From: Guillardia theta CCMP2712
Lineage: Eukaryota; Protista; Cryptophyta
Assembly (NCBI RefSeq): GCF_000315625.1
Contig: NW_005434640.1
Coordinates: 132,270 to 196,269, forward strand
Length of the DNA: 64,000 nt
Direction of reading: 5' to 3'
The notes below the pieces were generated by a model. The model was not told the DNA's origin and ran no database searches. It worked only from the letters and a program-made list of their open reading frames with translations. Positions 40,225 to 50,755 of this stretch are shown here, piece after piece. A program made the translations under genes and the position numbers. Position 1 is the stretch's first letter. Each line of letters opens with the position of its first letter.

Positions 40225-43200
40225 TTATGGCAGGAGGTAGGAGATGGCGAGGGGTCGCGGACGAGGACGAGGCTTAACAAGTGAGAGACGTCCTACCCGC
40301 TCGGCCTGCTGCTCAGAATGTATGCACAAAGCCCTCCTGAGGTGATCCTGACGGAGATAGGAGCTTCTTTCCGTCCTTGCAAGGTGGACAGCAACGCGAG
40401 TAACTTGCTTCACCTGCTCACGATTCATGAGCCCTCGTCTGCTGTGTTCTATCACGAGGCCAAGGCAGACTCACCTGACGAGGCTTCATGGGCTCGCCCG
40501 ACAGCTGAACCAAGTCGATGCCGTCCTCCAGCATGATGCCAATGGCCTTCATTTGCTCCAACGTATCGCAGAGCTCTCGCGCCCACATGGCACTCAGCTC
40601 ATCGCCCTCGAGCTCCTGCCGCTCGCACCGTAAAGGCGAATGAGGGGAAAGTGCTGAAACAACTCACGGTGATCTCTAGAGTCAGGGTTGAACACTCGTG
40701 TAAGCAAGAAGACAACTGCGACATCTGTGTCGTGGTCATGAACACAAGCCCCTGCATTCTCCAATGGTCAACGACACTATTGGAAACAAGAGTTTGCAAG
40801 AGTTGAGCTGAACTCACGTCATAAGACCGGATGATCTCTGCGAAGATGTAGTCCAGGCTGCCTGACATGGAAGACAGGCACTCCACATGCTCGCAGAACA
40901 CCATCGCCCTCCATCTCGTAGCGAGGCTTAGAGCAGAGAGCAAGCTTTCTCGGAACTGTGAAGAGAGTTGTTAGACAAGCGAGGGGTCGTCTTTCAAAGT
41001 CTATCACAGTCTCAAGCTCCAGGCACAGCTGACTGATGGAAATCCTCAGCACTGGCAGCTTCAGCTCGTCTCCGACTGAATGAGGTAAGTCAGAGAGGGA
41101 GATGTTCTTGGTCAACGTGCGAAGTACTCGCTCCTACGATGAATCGTTTCCCAACTCCATGACTTCCATGTAGCATGACAACCGTTGCCCCTCCCCCAAC
41201 TTGCAGTGCGTGTCCTTCAACAGCAGCGAGCAACATGATCCTGACCAGCAAGTCAACGGTTCCTTCAAAATATGTAGATAATGAAGGCTTACTTCTTTTT
41301 CTGACTCATGAGCACATCATGGAAAGCATGATTGTTGTACAGCACTGGGGAGACACGATCGATGAGCACATGACCCCATCGTCGTTGGGAGAGAGAGTAG
41401 CCAGCAACGACTGGGATTGCACACGAGCGGAGCTCATGCATGGCTCTTTTCTCCATTGGCGACCTCGGCCAGGATGATGGGAGAACGCGCACTTTTGCTA
41501 CCGCGACCCTGTCGTCGTTGATGCAGAAATGATGGAGTAGCTGGAAGAGAAGGTTCTCAAAGTAGTATCCCAAGGAGCCCTCGCTTTCCTCCCTCGTTTG
41601 TTGACCTGCATGCTTCGAGGATGTAGCACCCTCCAAGTACTTGAGGCTCTCTTGAGAGTCTAGCACAATTCTGCCGTGCGGGGAAGACGAAGGAGCCTCC
41701 GATCCCCACGGCAAGAAAGCGGAACGAGGATACTCGAACGCATGACACCCCTGATGGTATGCCTGCAGCGCTTCGAATCGATCTGCCATCCTTCTCTGCA
41801 AAAGTACAGCAATGATGAGAGGGTCACCTGTAGCATGACAGCGTTTACCTCAGTCGCTTCGTCTGTCAAAGGGACTAACGGAAAGTCGTGCTCTACAAAT
41901 CCGCTGAATCCAGAAACGCGAAATGAGACGACCAGGGCCCACAGCCTGTCTGCACGCACAGCAAGGAATTGACAGTCAAGGTAAAACTCTCCCTGCGATG
42001 AAGCATCCTTGGGTCCATCGCGCATTCCTGCTCCCACTATCATACACCCGATGGGATCTCCCTGAGCTCTCTCTTTCATCTCGGAGCTCCGGGGATGATC
42101 TCGTCCTCTAAGGATCAACTTCATGCCTGGTCGAAAGGTTCTGTAGAGCTGTGCGGAGACATCTGTCTGTGAACAGAAGGAAGTCAAATCGCAGTTTAGA
42201 TGCATCGTACACCAACCGGCATGCCTTGCCCTCCCATCACTCTTGGAATTGACATCTGCCCACGTATTAGAGTGAGTGAGTGAGTGAGGTATTGCAAGAT
42301 GCAAAACTCAAAACAGACTCACCTCGTTATCTTGGCTATGGAACTTGGAGGTGATATCAGGTTCTACACCCTCACCATCCACTGGCATGTCTTTCTTTGA
42401 TCCCAGAGCGTCAAAACCTGACATACCGAGCATCAAGATCTCAGACCGATGATCAGCAGCAAGTTTCAGCTGCATGGTGTGGGAGTCAAAAGTCTCAAAC
42501 TCCCTTCCATCAAGGCAGCGTCTCACACAGACGTCTCCTTCGAGATCAAAGAACACTTGAGTCTTCCCTTCTCCCCTCGCAACCTCTTGCGCACAGCACT
42601 CTACCACCCAGATTGTCAAACGATTCGTCCGGACGAGAAACGCGCAAGCCCTCGTGGACGGGAGCAGCACAATAACACTGCAGATTAGAAGAGGTCTCAA
42701 CGCCGCGTCAACTTCAGGGGGGAGAACATCGTTCCTCTCTATCCTGCATGAGCGCTGGTGACTGTGTGCAGTGCTGCCCCCATCTTCGACCCTCTCCAAC
42801 ATGTTTGCACACTCCCTCAGCCACGCGACTAGAACCTGCACCCATCGATTGTTGACATCTCGATCATGTAGCTCCCGTTGGCAATCATGATCGAGGTGGC
42901 GAGAGCAGTCTTCAACTTCGCTGTGATACCCTGAGCCATTCACCGCCAGAGCGCGTCCAAACAACACGATCGAGGGCAAGATGTGAATCAAGTTGGAATC
43001 GTCATGCTCAATCCTGGGATAGGTTGAACCGGGGAGCTCCCCGCCATCCCCTGCGATGTGACCTCGTCCTCGTAAAACAACCACCTCTTTAAAACCGTCC
43101 TGGGGTCCCGTTCGCAATTTCCTGCCCATCGCATTCTCGCCATTGTCAAGAGGCGCACAGATGCAGTTGGGCTCTTGTACTTGCTCCTCTCGTGAGTTCC

Positions 43201-43297
43201 CTGTTATCCACCTCGAGCAGGCAACTCTCCCCTCCCGCAACTCCTCTGCTCCCTCATTCGGACAGTGCCCTGGGAGGAACAGGCAGCATTGCGACAT
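40225..43297 (-). CDS. Fungal-type single-domain AAA ATPase-like protein (DUF7025-AAA architecture) with a degenerate active site
   Basis: FYLDCQFL..FRVSGFSG..FPLVPL; DRFEALQAYH; GRIVLD; PVVAGYSLSQRRWGHVLIDRVSPVLYNNHAFHDVLM; VVMLHGSHGVGKR; LATRWRAMVFCEH; QGLVFMTTT; MNREQVKQVTRVAVHLA..DHLRRAL. Confidence 0.7.
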
Positions 43298-43301
43298 CCC
43301 G

Positions 43302-43358
43302 GCCTGTCAGAGGTCGCCATTCATGTCGTCCCAGCCTGTCAGAGGTCGCCATTGATGT
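43302..43358. repeat. Short tandem duplication (gcctgtcagaggtcgccatt x2, 32-bp period)
   Basis: Direct reading; lies just upstream of the putative AAA start. Confidence 0.85.
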
Positions 43359-43789
43359 CAGGACCGGTCTCTTGCTTCCTCCTCGCCGGCATGACTGGGG
43401 AATCTCTCCTGCCCTTGGCAACCCGCCTCAGATCAAAAAGATTTTAGAGGCAGCAAATGGTATCTTTCTGAAATTCTCTTCTGCCTTGAAACTTCTGAGG
43501 CGGGTTCGAAAGATTATTTTTTCCGAACCGCCGTAGGTTCCTTGGGTTACCGGTACCCTGCTGATCTATCAAGGGGGCAAGGGATAGTCTGATATTCCCC
43601 CGATGGTCATTCTGAACCATGATGTCGCGAGGGGAGAACAGCATGCCGTCAGCAGCTCCGCTGAAGCCAACGGGATGTATCGCAACATGTCTCGGGAGTC
43701 GATCAAGTCAGTCGTGAGTCAGTCGAGTCAGTGAGGGGCAGTGAGGAGGGCAGGCGTTCGATTAGACTCATCGCAGTGTGACGAGTGCC

Positions 43790-45133
43790 ATGTTGAAGCT
43801 CAGGCGGGGATTGGAGTTTCTTGCCATAATCTTTTCCTTCGCCGCCTTGCAGATGACAAGTTTGACTTTTATTAGCATCCAGATCTCGACAGAGGAAGGT
43901 GCACCGGTTAGAATCCAACGGCGGACAGTGCTTCCCAAGGCAGGGATTTGGCGTAAACGACCAACCACGATGCACCAACCACCAACCACGATGCACCAAC
44001 CAGTGGATCGATTTCTTCACTGCTCACGAAGATACTTCAATGCATGCGAGATGAATGGAACAACCTATGTTTGTACATCGTTCCCACATGCCCTGCTCCA
44101 TTCTTCGAAGTCTCCCAGTCCTCACCCACTTTGCCTGCCTGGTTGGTATGCATGGTGGAGCTGTGATGGAGGAAGATTTATGTGTCAGTGCGATGACGAA
44201 CGACGCGATCTTTCTCAACCTGCTCCTGCAAGACAAAACCGAAGCCATGCCGGCAACTCCACGTCTTCCTCAGACATTTCTGATCGAGCATGGCTCATTC
44301 CTTGTAAGAATATCAGCTTGCGACACTGGCACAATCCGTTCCGGGTAGGAGACAAAAAGTTCCGATCGATATGGAAGAGAAGTCTATGGAGGAAATCAGA
44401 AAAACTCAAGGTGGTGGTGGTTCAAACCAGCGGGTCAGGCCTGTACACGCCTTTGCTAGAGGCGTCTGCAAGCATCAACAGGAGGTATGCAGCGTTGCGA
44501 GGTTTCGACTACCTATCCGTGGTTGGTACGATCTCATCAGCAATTGACCCTTTGCTTTCCAACCATTCATTATCAGCCTTCAACAAGGTCTTCCTCCTGA
44601 ACGCCCTGGTGCTGGACGGGAGGTACGACGTGGCGTTCTACCTTGACGCAGACGCCTTGGTATTCAACTTCTCCTTCTCTCCCCTGCAGGCCTTGAACTC
44701 GAGCCAGCTGTTCGCCGTCTGTCGGGGATCGTCAGATGAGGAAGATACGTGGGATGTCAACGACGGGGTGATGATCTGGAACTTGAAGCATGCCCGGGCA
44801 CGGGAGTTCAGTCAGGCATGGCTGGATAAATCTGTAATTGCCATGCTAGCGGGCAGGAACAGTGACCAGTATGAACTACAGCGATTACTGGAAAGTTCAG
44901 ACCGAGAAGAGAGGGCAAGGCTGTACAGAGTTTATGTGTCACAAGATTTAGCTTTCATGAACTACGATGGTCCCAACGTGAAGCACTTCCTGCGGTCAAA
45001 CTACACTGACTGGACGGGCTCGGAGGTGTCGGCCAGGCTGACGATGATGAAGCAAGTGATTGATGATGGAGGGCTGCGCGACAATCTGGAGGATTTCAAC
45101 GGCCTCATGAGACTGTTTCACGTGCTGAGGTGA
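43790..45133 (+). CDS. Type II membrane GT-A glycosyltransferase (GT34/MNN10-GMA12-like), intronless
   Basis: N-terminal TM anchor; NRRYAALRGFDY, FNKVFLL, YDVAFYLDADA (DxD), VNDGVMIW, DQYELQ. Confidence 0.85.
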   Translation: MLKLRRGLEFLAIIFSFAALQMTSLTFISIQISTEEGAPVRIQRRTVLPKAGIWRKRPTTMHQPPTTMHQPVDRFLHCSRRYFNACEMNGTTYVCTSFPHALLHSSKSPSPHPLCLPGWYAWWSCDGGRFMCQCDDERRDLSQPAPARQNRSHAGNSTSSSDISDRAWLIPCKNISLRHWHNPFRVGDKKFRSIWKRSLWRKSEKLKVVVVQTSGSGLYTPLLEASASINRRYAALRGFDYLSVVGTISSAIDPLLSNHSLSAFNKVFLLNALVLDGRYDVAFYLDADALVFNFSFSPLQALNSSQLFAVCRGSSDEEDTWDVNDGVMIWNLKHARAREFSQAWLDKSVIAMLAGRNSDQYELQRLLESSDREERARLYRVYVSQDLAFMNYDGPNVKHFLRSNYTDWTGSEVSARLTMMKQVIDDGGLRDNLEDFNGLMRLFHVLR

Positions 45134-45170
45134 AACTTCCATCATCTCCTCCTTTCAAGTGCTACAAGCC

Positions 45171-46897
45171 TCAGGCAATGTCTTCCTTGACATCTTGGAG
45201 CTTCCACGGGACCAGGTTCTGACAAACATGGAATACCTGGAAGGGTTCACAATGAGCCAGTCGGACAAACAGCAGGGCGTTCTCACATGTGCCAAGAACT
45301 CTTTCAGAGCACTCTTTGCATCCCCGACAGGCTTCTTCTTCCTTGCGATCCGAAGCATCTGGCAGGTGACATTCAGCTCAAAGCGTCAATTGCGCATGCT
45401 CGAGTTCTTGGCTCGGGGCAAGCGATGCCCTCACCATTTCGAGGAACTCGTCGAATGTCATCTCACTGTTCTGGTTGTTGGGATGCTCCTGAGGGAGAAG
45501 ATCGCTGTGGCTGTATCAGCTTCACGAGAGAACGATTTTCACTGTTACCTGTCGCACGTGACCTGACAATACGTGGCCACACATTTCTTGTAGCTGAACA
45601 AGGAATCGAACACCTCCATCTTCTCCAGCGCGTAGTAGACATGGTTCAACGACATCGTCAGGTCCATCGGCCCGATCACGTTCCTCTTGATCTTGTTGTG
45701 AGGATAGGTCGAAACAAAGTAGTCAAAGATCTTCCTCAAGTTAGTGTGAATGTTTTGTCGGTAAAGAAGTCCCCTTATGGGCTCGCTTCTGAATTCCAGG
45801 AATGCCTTCTCCGTCTGCTTTCGCATTCCAAAGGGTTTGAGAAAATCCTTCAGGAGATTTTCAAATCTACTGCTCACAGTTCCATTCAACTTCAGAGCAG
45901 CAGCTCTAATGATGGCCTCCATGAAATCATAGAAAGTCATGACGTGCTCGGGGTCGTGCGGGTCCTCCGTGCTGACGTCATAAGTTGCATCCTTGTTCAG
46001 AACCGACATCCTCTGATTCCCTTGGATCCAGATCCTATCAAACACGGCCACAGGCATCTTCGTCCTCGCATTCCCCACCGCTATCTTGCACTCCTTGAGG
46101 AGCCTCCAGAACCCTTTGAGCTTCAACTTCTGTTTGCCGGCCTTTGCGTCATGCCCGTCGAACTCCACCTCCATCAGATTGTTGTGCTCCGCGCTCACCG
46201 TCTCGTTGAGATCGTCTGCGTAGTACTTGTAGATCAGGTTGAAGAAGGGAAGGTTCTGGTAGATGACCCGCCTCAACTCCATCTTCTCGGCCTCAGGGTC
46301 TGCTTCAGCGTCTGTCAGGTCACTCAGGAACCCGGGGTTGTCTATCAGCTGCTCAAACACCGGGCCCAGCCGGTACCATGGCGGCTTCTCGGTGGCCTTC
46401 ACCTTCCTCTCCACCTGCCTCTGCTGGGGTTTGAACACCAGACCTTCATCCCACTTGTTGGTTTTGGGCCTTTCGACATGGCGATTCCTGTTTGATCTCA
46501 GCATGTCGACGTTGGTCTGGAAGCCATGCTCCATCGAAGTGTCTGCGCTGTTGTGGCTCAGCCCAAGGAGGAAGAAGCGCGCAGCCTCGGCCCAATCTTG
46601 CCTTGACTCGCACTCAGCAGCGCTGACAAACACGGCAGATGCCGAGGCCGGGTTGTCCTTGAGCGCTTCCTCTGCGAGCTCTCGAGCTTCTTGCGGCTGC
46701 TCTGTCCTCGTGAGATGAAAGGCCTTGGACAGCTTCTCGTCGTCCGACTCATCATCCTGTAGGTCTTGCAGGTATCCGTCCAGATTCCTTGTGTCCACAT
46801 GGTGGTTTACGAAGCCCCTTCTGGCCCTCTCGGCAGCAGCTAGCCTCCATTGCGGAGGGTTCTTGCTCTTTGCACGAGATGTTGGCGAGGCGTTCAT
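45171..46897 (-). CDS. TPR-like + EF-hand-like protein resembling the non-MORN region of RSPH10B
   Basis: AEEALKDNP..AEAARFFLLGL (TPR-like); IYKYYA..FWRLLKECKI..FDRIW..HDPEHVMTFYDFMEAIIRAA; last exon VFHVCQNLVPWKLQDVKEDIA*. Confidence 0.6.
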
Positions 46898-47038
46898 GTT
46901 GAGCGAGTACAGTAAAGGGATCTAGCTTATAAGGAGAAACAGCAGCACGCAGATTCCCGAAGGTTCGACTTGTAGCAAGATCCTGGACTGAATGACCTCA
47001 TGTATCGTTCATGTCTTCTCATCTGACACGTGGTGTCT

Positions 47039-47178
47039 CCTCTCCTCTCCTCTCCTCTCCTCTCCTCTCCTCTCCTCTCCTCTCCTCTCCTCTCCTCTCC
47101 TCTCCTCTCCTCTCCTCTCCTCTCCTCTCCTCTCCTCTCCTCTCCTCTCCTCTCCTCTCCTCTCCTCTCCTCTCCTCC
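47039..47178. repeat. (CTCCT)n microsatellite, ~140 bp
   Basis: Direct reading. Confidence 0.95.
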
Positions 47179-47585
47179 ATCCCCACGGCATGTTCCCTTC
47201 TATCTCCCCTCCTCGTTCCATCGGTTCAACTCCATGGAACAAATCTGTCATCATCCGTTTATGCCCTCATCCCCACATGCACGCGAAGATGATATTGTAA
47301 CGGTAAAATAACGGTGAAGGGTCCATGGTGAATGCCGCCTGACCTGAAGCTCGAATTCGCTACCTCGCTGCCTCGCTCCGTTCCCCTCCCCTCCTCCCCC
47401 CTCCTCCTCTCCCACTGCATCCCCCCTCCCCTCGGCTTCAGATAAGGACAGTCCGACGCTGAATCGCCTCCTCCTCGTGCCGCACGTCCTAGTGCACCGT
47501 AGCAACGTTCAATTTTTTTAACGGTCTGATTCCCTCAGACCTTGTCATCGGCATTGGACAGACGGATTTTAGCAGCTGTCAGTAA

Positions 47586-48740
47586 TTGGAGCTGCTGAAT
47601 CGTTTGCATCCTAGGATGGACTGTGATCAGCTGAATGTAGGTAGCAGTGTTGCTACCCACGACGGCTACTTTGCAAGGATTCTGGAAATTCACGATGGAC
47701 AAGCTGTGCTTGATCTGACAGGCATCGGGTATCTGCGCGATGTTCCCATCTCTTCTTTGATAGCAATCGATGATGGTCTGCATGCGAAGGATGTAGGTGT
47801 CATCACTGGCTCTCGGAAGCAATGCTACCCTGAGCAACGAAAAGATGTGCAGGAGGTAATTTGCCAGCATGGAGCACCTCCCTTGGGCATCAAGCTGCTT
47901 TCATCCTCTGGCAACTCATGCTCTTCGAGAACTCTACCAGAGGAACGCAGTCATGCACCATTCTGCTCTCCTCTCACCGTCGATCCCAACACATTTTGCA
48001 TCTTCCCTGTCGGCGACGACCATGGCGGGTTATTCAAATCGATCTCCCTCCAGAAATCCCCAAGAAGCGGCCTCTATCCTGCCGACGAGAATCCTCGTCA
48101 ACACACACCTCGTTCTCCACTAGAAGCTCACGACAACGTGGTGAAATCTGCACCTGAAGACGGCTCAAACTTCAAGGAGCAGGTGGTTGTTCGGAAGGAC
48201 GGCGATGAGAAAGCATGTGGGACATTGAAGATCCAGAGAACTTTGTTTGAGAGTCTGCTTGAGAGGAGGAGGAATTCTACCTTGATGTTGAGATGTTTTC
48301 ACTTATGGCAAATGTTGATGTACTGTAGGTGAGTGCACTTTTCATCTTGCTACTGACACTTTGAGCAATCTTTGGTTTGAGCTGACAATTGCCTCTAGGG
48401 TTCAATATGAAATCAGCCAACAGGAAGCTCAAATCCTGAAGCACCAACAGGATGAAAAGATGCAACAGATACAGGAGCTCATTCTCTCTCTTTGCAGGTG
48501 AAATGCAACATTTTTTTAGCGGATCTTGACAAACAATGGGCTTACTGTTCTTTGCAGAGATTAGTATCACAGTCCTATTTGTGCAAAGTCCGCCGCCGGA
48601 CCCACTTTTCTGATTCCCCTGCGAGGGGCCCATGTACATGTACCAGCCCGCATGCACTTCGCGACATTGGAAGTTTCTGCCATCCGATCAACCGTGTTTC
48701 CGAACTAAGTTGCCTTTTACTTTGTATTCTTGTATCTTGA
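47586..48740 (+). CDS. Hypothetical protein (ends uncertain), possible Tudor/SH3-like segment
   Basis: 248-aa ORF ending at a gtgagt donor; LNVGSSVATHDGYFARILEIHDGQAVLDL..VPISSL is beta-barrel-like. Confidence 0.5.
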
Positions 48741-48819
48741 CTTTTCCCCACTGTGGCACTGTATTGGCTTAGTAACCTCAGTCTACGAATGAATAAAAAT
48801 CTCACTGAAAATGACCCAC

Positions 48820-49090
48820 AGAGCAGAGTACGGTGCTCACGGTGTCAGTCATACCGTCACTGTCATGGCTAGTACGGCCGCGCGGCGGTCACGGGCCCGG
48901 CCGGGCCGCATCACTGCGGCTTGACGGTATTGAGTGGCCTGGGAAGGTTAATTCCAGCCGGTGCGCCAGGCCCGCTGCCAACAGGCCGGGCACCCCGCAG
49001 TGCGCCGCCGTCACCCGGCGGCCCGGGGTCCGGGCCGGGCCTCGCCGGAGTCACGCCGGGTAGCACTGAGTCAGTCACTGAGTGCCAATG
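48820..49090. repeat. GC-rich palindromic intergenic island (copy 4)
   Basis: gtacggt, cacgggcccggccgggcc, cactgcggc, ccgcagtgcg, cactgagtcagtcactgagtg. Confidence 0.65.
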
Positions 49091-49127
49091 AACCACGGAT
49101 GATTAGAAAGGCAGCATTTTTCATCCT

Positions 49128-50359
49128 ATGGCGCAAAGACGCTGCCTCCGCCTGCTCTCAAGCAGCATGGTGGGGCGGCTAGCAGCTGCCATGATGGTAG
49201 CGGTGACGCTGGCGATGGTGAGAACGTCCGAGTCGTTCATGACGGGAACCATGCCGAAGTCAAGAGCTCTTCCATGGGAGCAGAGAGCGCTCGCTGTAAG
49301 TGCATGGTCCAGGAGAGGAGGGATGACCCTGCCCAGGGTGCAGCATCGGCAGCTTGCGGCCCTTATGATGGCGCAGGGGAGCGAGCGAGAGAGCAGAGGG
49401 GAGGGGAGAGACGTGATCATCATTGTCCCTGGATTCCTCATGGACTGCAGGGACTTCGAGCCCATGGCAAGACACTTCAGGGAGGACGGCTGGCCCGCTG
49501 CTGTGGTCCCAATGAAGTGGTGGGAATGGATACCTTGCTTGGGAGGGAGGAGCGCCCGTCCTGTCCTGGAGAGGATAGACTATACAGTTCGGAGGGCTCT
49601 AGAGTGGGACAAGAGCGGGGAGTTTGTGCTTCCTCCCTACAGCTATACTCCAGCTGACCTCCTCCTCGACTTCTTCACAAACCCTGGCGGAATGCTTCAA
49701 GTGGGAGGCAGCAGCTCCCCTGACGATTTTCCTCCTGTGGAGCCAAGGGGAAGAGACTTTTCAAGAGGCTCTCCTGCTCCTCAGTCAGCCTCCAAAGTTA
49801 TCCTAGTCGCTCACAGCGCGGCAGGATGGATATCCCGCATCTTCCTGTCCGTGCGGCAGTACGGAGGGCGAGCGTACGCCGGCAGCCGCTTCGTGCGCAC
49901 GCTGATCACGCTGGGGACGCCGCATGGAGACTCGGAGGGGATCGCGTTTGAGAACGTCAAGTGGGCGAACAGGGAAGGAGCCCCTGACGGCGTTCGATGC
50001 GTTGCTGTCGGGGGGACAGGGACGTTGGGAGCGTCCAACGACTTCACTAGGAATGCTTGTAAGTTGCCTTGGCTGCTGCTGCCATGCGCCTCCTGTCTGA
50101 CGCTCCTGCAGATACTTTCTGCGGCTTCCCCGAGGAGGAGGTTGTGGAGCTCGACGGGGACGGTGTAACCCCATTGCACTCCTCGCTGAGCTTCGAGGGG
50201 TCGGAGAAAATAGTGCTAGAGGACACTACGCATGCTCCGAGCTATCCCGCTGCCATCGCTCCTGAGCTACACAGGGAGCTGAAGGAGGGGAAGAGATGGT
50301 ATGGGTCGCAAGGAAGGGTTGATACCATCATCAGAGCGTTGGAGCAGCGAGTTGAATGA
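49128..50359 (+). CDS. Alpha/beta hydrolase (PGAP1/lipase-like esterase), probably plastid-targeted; 1 intron near 50058-50112
   Basis: [15 protein letters not shown] (nucleophile), [16 protein letters not shown]; signal peptide ending ..TSES-F followed by an R/S-rich transit peptide. Confidence 0.85.
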
Positions 50360-50484
50360 ACGTGAGAGAAGTGATGTGATAATGAATTGGATGAATGACA
50401 AGGAGAGGAGAGGACAGTGGGGGCACATGTTCAACAACAGAATGTTGATTCTCTGTTTGGGTGGGGGGGGGGAGGAAGGGAGCG

Positions 50485-50592
50485 AGCGAGAGCGAGAGCG
50501 AGAGCGAGAGCGAGAGCGAGAGCGAGAGCGAGAGCGAGAGCGAGAGCGAGAGCGAGAGCGAGAGCGAGAGCGAGAGCGAGAGCGAGAGCGAG
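50485..50592. repeat. (GCGAGA)n microsatellite
   Basis: Direct reading. Confidence 0.95.
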
Positions 50593-50755
50593 GGGGGGGG
50601 AGAGGGAAAGGGAGAGGGGGAGGAGACGAGAGGGTGAGGGAATGGGGGAAGGGAAACGCAAAGGGGAAAGAGGGTTTGTGAAAGTGCTGACAAGTCATAC
50701 AATCTAAATCATCATATCGTAACATCCTACAAGCAGGAGGTGTGGAAGCGGCTCC

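Noticed and set aside
40600-41200. PEX6 D1-like assignment
   Set aside because: No second AAA domain follows, and upstream motifs fit the fungal single-AAA family better.
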